From Sminthopsis crassicaudata (lineage: Eukaryota): a stretch of DNA of 41,408 nt. This document shows, piece by piece, positions 35,777 through 41,408 of this stretch (positions are counted from its first letter, which is position 1; each line of letters opens with the position of its first letter). The stretch lies in the NCBI RefSeq assembly GCF_048593235.1, contig NC_133620.1:28142364-28183771 (forward strand), in the 5' to 3' direction. The notes beneath the pieces were generated by a model that was not told the DNA's origin, made no database searches, and saw only the letters and a list, made by a program, of their open reading frames with translations. The position numbers were made by a program, and so were the translations under genes.

Positions 35777-35948
35777 CAGGGGTTCTCAAACTATGGCCTG
35801 CTGAGGACATTTATACGGCCCACCGGGTTATGGCTAAATGGGCTGAGGGGCGGAGACAGTGTGAGCTTTTGTTGTTACTATAGTCCAGCCCTCCCACAGT
35901 CTGAGGGACAGGGAACTGGCCCCTATTTAAAAAGTTTGAGGGCCACTG
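35777..35948 (+). mobile_element. Non-autonomous hAT-Charlie MITE resembling OC1/OposCharlie1, in UQCRH intron 3
   Basis: TIRs CAGGGGTTCTCAAACT / AGTTTGAGGGCCACTG (13/16); 8-bp TSD CCTTAGTC / GCTTAGTC with central TA; subterminal actatagtcc.gccctcc.acagtctgagggacag.gaactggcccc recalled from OC1. Confidence 0.85.
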
Positions 35949-36111
35949 GCTTAGTCCTACAGTGTGAGTAGGGGAGGCCCCAGAGATTGGAGCCAAGGTC
36001 CCTGACAGCAAGGCCACCCTTGCACACGTCTCTCTCTCAGGGCCCAGGCCAAGCCCCCTCCAGCCCTTCCAATTAGCCCCAATCATCAGGCCTGTGTGAG
36101 TGCGCACTCAC

Positions 36112-36273
36112 ACAGTGGTCTCGGGCATGCAGGAAGTCAAAGAGCTCCTCGGTGCAGTCCTCCTCAGTGCGGGGGTTTGCAGACACTCGTTCTGCACACG
36201 TCTCCAGCCGCTCTCGGGCCTTCACACATTTCTCCATCTGCTCACATTGCTCCCTCACAGTGGTCAGGGGGTC
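36112..36273 (-). CDS. UQCRH: UQCRH exon 3 (hinge helical hairpin with conserved Cys)
   Basis: [54 protein letters not shown]|gtgagt; 162 nt. Confidence 0.98.
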
Positions 36274-36804
36274 CTCAAAAGACATAAGAGCCAAGTCAAG
36301 GATCCAGGAGGCCTTTCCTCCGTGCCTGGGGCCAAGCATCCTCACAGGACCTCCTTCACTGCCTTCGCCCAGGACCTGGCTGACCTCACTTGGGATGACT
36401 TGAGTCTGAGAGAGCAGGTGGGGCTTTTTGGGGGAGGAGTGCCTCCTCCCAAGGTGTGGGACAGAGCAGGCTCTATCAGGAAGGGATGGAGTTACTGCTA
36501 CCTGGAAGGCCATGGGATTCTTGGCTCCCTTTGAGCAAGGTGAGCCCAGGAGCCTCAGCCAGCTGCATCAGCATCGGCTTCCTCTTGGTTTGGACTGGTC
36601 AAATATTCTCCAGGTCCCTGTGTTCCCACCCATATCAAGCACCCCATTTATTCTGCTCTATGAGGCCAACAAGGTCTCATCCTTCCTCGCAGTAATCTCC
36701 CATATAGCACCAAGGACAGAAGGGTCCCCTCCCCAAAATGTGTTCACTACAGCTTGAACCTTTAGCTTTTACAGGGATGGTTTCAGTTGTAAAGTGATTC
36801 TTAC

Positions 36805-36828
36805 CACCAAATCTTCTTCTTCTTCTTC
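36805..36828 (-). CDS. UQCRH: UQCRH exon 2 (24-nt micro-exon EEEEEDLV)
   Basis: tttctcttgtag|GAA GAA GAA GAA GAA GAT TTG GTG|gtaaga; phase 0/0. Confidence 0.92.
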
Positions 36829-37179
36829 CTACAAGAGAAAGGAGAGCCATGAGTGGCAGACAGTCCAACAGGGCCTATAGTAACTTAAGGTTCACCATGT
36901 GCCACGACTGTTTCCGTGTCACCCATTAACACCAGTGTTGGGCAAAAACTAGGACCCCAGGGTCAGAAACGCAAGTGTGAAGTTCTGATGAACGCTATCT
37001 GATTACTCTGCAAAAGCCATAAAGTCACCACCTAACTCAAAAGCAGCTCGAGGCTGCCTGCCACCCAGTGGAACCACCAGCATGTAGAGACCCCTACGAT
37101 ATTTCCATAACACTGCCAGGCACTGTTGGTGCTTTACAAAGTCTTGTTTGTTCCTCCCAACAGCCCTGAAGATGGGTGC

Positions 37180-37300
37180 CATATCTCAGAGGGAGGAAGC
37201 TGGGGCAGAAAGGGGTGAAGTGACTTGCCCAGTCACACAGTTAAGAAATGTGTGTGTTCAAATCTCAACTCAGATCTTCCTGACTCCAGGCCCAGGAGTC
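37180..37300 (-). repeat. MIR
   Basis: gaagtgacttgcccagtcacacag..ctcaactcagatcttcctgactccagg. Confidence 0.7.
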
Positions 37301-37899
37301 TGCCGGGCAGAGAAACTAGGTGGGCCTGTAGTTAAAGGCATCAACAATCTATGCTGGACATCTAGAATACCGGACAAGGCAACACAGAGTGACAAACGTC
37401 AATGTGCAAGGGCTAAGATGCTCAAGGGGCTAGGGGTACAGACAAAGCCAGGGCATGAAGCAGAGGGTGGGCTGAGGCCTCAGAGAATAAAGGACAAGGG
37501 GAAATGGAGAAATGCCCTGGAGAGAGGGCCGGGCCTGAAATTAGCAAGACTCATGTTCCAAGCTGGCCTAGGACACTCACTATGTGACCTGCACAAGTCA
37601 CCTCTTCTTTAGTCATCAGTAAAAACAAAAAACAAACAAAAAAACCAAGAGACACTCACCTTTCCAGGTTTGTGGTGAGGAGCAAATGAGTTATCTGCAA
37701 ACTTCCTATCACCACATAAACTCTACTAACAGCTACAGACAATGGGATGCTAATATACTATGGGAGATGACTAGAAAAGAAAAATAAACTAAGGCAGAAG
37801 GAGGCAATAAACCCAAGCGATGACAATATAAAAAAGAAGGAATTGAGTTCTGTGATTTGGAGATGAAGAGGATGTTTTACCTACATTTCCATAAAGTAC

Positions 37900-38500
37900 C
37901 TCCGATTCTCCTTACAGAGTAGATGCAGCACTGGAGAATCTGTACTAAGCTACAGGTTCACATTTTATGCGTTCCTCAGGGTAGAAGCCTAGATGGGCCC
38001 CTCAAACTTCCAGAGGACCTGATGGAAGAAAGGTACCCCTGGATAAGAAGCCACTGCATTAGCTTAAATCTAATAAAGAGGTTCAATAAGGATGAATGTC
38101 AAGTCTTGTAGCTAGGCTTGAAAATTAATTTCAAATAAATAAGATCTGAACATGACAAGCACATTTAGATAGCAGTTCTGGGAGTTGAAGGGGACTGCAG
38201 AAAGAGGGTCGGAACCCCTGAGGAGAGGAGCATCAGTAAATCCTCCTGTCCTGGTCAGATCTCATTTGCAGCCCCAGTCCAGTTCTGGGCACTGTGTACT
38301 TGAGGACACTGAAACTGCAAGTGTGGAGAAGATAACCAGGAATGGGTGAGCTCTGGCACACAAGGACAAGTGGAAGGAATGGGGCACATTCAGTCTGGGG
38401 AAACACAATGGCTTCAAGTACTGGATAAACCATAAGATGGAGAAGGGGTCATGGGAGGAAGGAGCCTGCCTCAGGCCTTGGTGTTCCAGAGAAAACTGGG
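37900..38500 (+). mobile_element. L3/CR1 3' fragment
   Basis: ggttcaataaggatgaatgtcaagtc..ctgtcctggtcagatctcattt..ccagttctgggcact matches the CR1 RT tail; boundaries approximate. Confidence 0.65.
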
Positions 38501-39699
38501 CTCTCTTTAGAGATCTCTGAGGAAACGCTGGGGTCAGTTTTTAGATTTCTATAAAAGGATGACCTCTGTCTTCCTTTCTGCTCTCCAATTTGGGAACATG
38601 ACACTGCTGTGGGGCAGCTGTGCTGAAGTGCTTTTATGTCTGCCTTTAAATTCTTTGTTAGAAAGGAGGGCAAAGATAGGAAGATGTCAAAATAAAAGAC
38701 ATCAATGCAATAACTGCCAAAACATTAACAAGAAATACACTTTCACATTCATGGCCAAGAATGTCCCTGGATAGAGAGGAAAATAACCTTCCCTCTCTCC
38801 CTTCCCTGGAGAAGGAAGAAAGCAATTCGAGAAATATGGCAAAAACGTCTTTTGTTGAATTGCTGCCCCTTTTTCTAATGGGGGAAAAAAAACTTATGGG
38901 AAGGGGAGAGAAAGCAATGTAAAGCAGAGCAGAAACAAGACTTTATTTTTTAAAAACAGCTAATCTCAGTAATGGTCTGAGCACCTGCGAGGCCTCAAGA
39001 TGACACCTGTGAGCGGCATTCACACTTCCTGAGGAAGCACTCTCGGGTGCAGCTGCCATTCAGATAAAGGATGACCTTAAAATCTCTCTTCTAAGCCCCT
39101 CTAGAGCCACTTTCTCAGACTCCCCCCAATCGGCACTCTCGTCCAGGTTCCCAGATCCTTGGGGGAGGAACTTATGGGGGCGTAAGCGGAAGAGGAAATC
39201 CTAGATCACCCAGGGCCACTTCTCCCTGCCAGACATCCAAAGCAGCGCTAGCTAGCGCTGACTCTCATTTTCCCCCAGATGGTCTCGTGAGCAGCCCTCC
39301 CCTCTCCCATGTGCCCCTTCCTTTAGTGTCCATTCGCCCCTTCAGTATCTCCCCCTCAGAATGTAAGCTCCTCCAGCACAAGGCCCTTCTTTTTCCAGTG
39401 GCTCGGCCTTCGCAGGGTCTCTAGCAGGGCTGTAAATCACCGCTGCACCTCTCACACATTAAGCCAATGGAGGACTCTTAAAGGGGCTGCAATCAGGAAA
39501 CCCAGCTTTTTCTAGCAATTGACTGGGGAGGAGGAGACCCCCAGGAGAACGGCTCGAGGACGACAGCGGTCCAGAAGGGGTTAAGGCGGCGGGAAGCAGC
39601 AGAGAATGGGTTAGTAGAGGAGGAAGGGAATGAAAGGGGTGGCTGGGGGAGGGGCTGTGGAGAAGAAAGCAGGGGGTGGGCCCAGGGTGCCCGAGGGTC

Positions 39700-40190
39700 A
39701 GCCTAGCCCAGACAGCTCCCTCTTCAACAGAAAATGGAGTGAATGGGAGATGACGTCAGGGGACAGTGAAGAAAGGTGGAGAAAAGAGGGCCTCAAGAAC
39801 GGCCTCCTCTGCGCTTCCGTGAGGTCCTTTTGATGGAGGCCTAAGGGGTGGAGTGGCAAGGAGGACAAAGAGGTCGGCGGAGACATTCCAGGCGGGAGCG
39901 GCGGGCCGCAGTGACCGGGGAGGGAGTGGAGGGAGGAGCCGGGGGAGGACCACCCCGCGTGCAGCCTCGGGGACGCCGAGGGCGTGGCCGCACCCCCCAG
40001 ACCACCGGGCCCCACAGGCAAGCAGGGGCTGCAAGGGGGGAGGGGAGCCAAGGGCAGCAGCAGCGGGCGGGCGGGGGGCCGGAGGGACCCAGGGCCTGCA
40101 TGAAGATCCTTGGAGAAGGTCACGCGGGGAGCCCCAGAGGAGAGCGGGGTCAGCAGGGTCAAAAGCTGCAGAGGGGGAGGGAAAGGTGAT
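39700..40190 (-). mobile_element. GC-rich decayed L2 RT-region fragment in UQCRH intron 1
   Basis: Minus strand SAAFDPADPALL resembles L2 RT DLSAAFDTVDHSLL; pyrimidine-rich sense strand. Confidence 0.45.
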
Positions 40191-40670
40191 CACTCACACT
40201 CCCGCTGCTGAGCTTGCAGTCTGCTAGGACCCCCAAGTCTTCTTCGGACAAACGGCCTCCCATCACGCGTGCCCGCGTTCACAGTGCTGCCCGTATACAG
40301 GGCCCTGGGTCCTCATCCCGCCTCTGCCACCTGCACCTTCTTTGTGTGAAATGGGCAATGGGAGGCGAGCGGGGCTGTACCCCAGGAGTCTGACCCCGCC
40401 CTCCCCCCTTCCCCCTTCCCCACTCCGGGTCCTTTAGAGACCTGCTCCGGGAGGACCCGCTATGTGAACGGCTGCCCCACGCCCGGGGGCCACTCAGAAC
40501 CTCGGTTCCTTCTCTCGGCTGGCTTCCCCCTTCGCCCCCACCCCCACCCTGGAAAAGCCGAAAGCCAAAGTGACCTTAAAGCACGCTGGCAAAGGTGCAA
40601 TTCCAGGATTTCCAACGAGGGGAACCTGAAGCCACCATCCCAAGGCTCCATGGCCCGCGTGTTCCCTCAC

Positions 40671-40721
40671 CTTCTTGGGTTCCTCGCCGTTCCCCGCCTT
40701 CTTCTCGTCCTCGACCACCAT
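40671..40721 (-). CDS. UQCRH: UQCRH exon 1 (cytochrome b-c1 complex subunit 6, hinge protein; 89 aa total)
   Basis: gcagacATGG; MVVEDEKKAGNGEEPKK|gtgagg; 51 nt, phase 0. Confidence 0.92.
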
Positions 40722-41100
40722 GTCTGCCGTCCGCTGCAGCTTCAGCAAGCGTGACTCCTCCCTGCTGGCCGAGAAGGACTCGCCAGGGTCACGGACCGGA
40801 AACTCAGTTCGCCAGCGGAAGTGAAATAGCCTCTTCCAACGGCGCCGTTCAAGGGGGTGGGCGGCGCGCCCTGCGCTGCCTCTGGGGCCCCTGCGCAAGA
40901 GAAGAATGGTTCTCACACACAAAAGTGAATCTGAATGGCCTTTCTGGCCGTAAACGAGCTCACAGGCTTGAGATCTTCCGAACAGAGAGACTGGCCTTTC
41001 CTTTCCCCCCCCGCAAAGAGCGTCCTGTGGTACGCCCCAACCTAATCAAAGATGGCGACAGGTACGTCCGTGCTTGCGCAGGCGCGAGCCACTGCCCAAT
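40722..41100. promoter_or_regulatory. Bidirectional CpG-island promoter shared by UQCRH and LRRC41
   Basis: ATGs 380 bp apart and divergent; ETS GCGGAAGTG ~40816; YY1-like AAGATGGCG 41049-41057; NRF1-like TGCGCAGGCGCG 41075-41086. Confidence 0.88.
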
Positions 41101-41296
41101 ATGGCAGCCCCCAGGCCTCGAGACGCTAGTGCCAGCTTGGCCCTACGTGGGTCCAGAGCGGCGGTCGCCATGGAGGCCGCTTGCGGGGAAAGAAGCTCTG
41201 CGGTGGTCTTGGAGCCCAGCGGCCCCCCAGAGTTGTTCGTCCTGTGCGGTCGGGCCGTGAGCGCCCACATGGGTGTCCTGGAAAGTGGGGTGTGGG
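41101..41296 (+). CDS. LRRC41: LRRC41 exon 1 (rest of the gene lies outside the window)
   Basis: [66 protein letters not shown]|gtgagt; matches recalled human [21 protein letters not shown]; phase 1. Confidence 0.93.
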
Positions 41297-41408
41297 GTGA
41301 GTACTCGGTGAGGGGGAGGGTCAACGGACCGCCCGTTACTATGGAAACATTGGCTCTTGTAGGGGCTGGAAATTACGCTTCCATGGAAACAAGAGGCACC
41401 CAATCGGA

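Overview
Vertebrate genomic DNA, most likely from a dasyurid marsupial (inferred from WSINE1, Mar1, marsupial-type L1 3' ends and an OC1-like MITE). The right third carries three genes. NSUN4 is complete (minus strand, 6 coding exons, 395 aa). UQCRH is complete (minus strand, 4 coding exons, 89 aa). LRRC41 exon 1 lies on the plus strand, head-to-head with UQCRH. This is the gene order I recall from human 1p33. The left ~26 kb is mostly a stack of retroelements (L1, L2, MIR/Mar1/WSINE1, ERV solo LTRs), several with readable target-site duplications (TSDs) that resolve nested insertion order, plus a 264-N gap. Most ORFs in the supplied track are repeat-derived or GC-rich noise. The best leads are: (1) an apparently repeat-free island at 15.0-16.3 kb whose plus-strand splice signals chain into an open 103-aa ORF; (2) a possible 10-nt alternative first coding exon of LRRC41; (3) a TSD-bounded LTR with an internal tRNA-Lys primer-binding site; (4) an out-of-frame overlapping ORF in NSUN4. 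All gene and repeat names come from recalled sequence; no database search was run. Repeat boundaries without TSDs are approximate.
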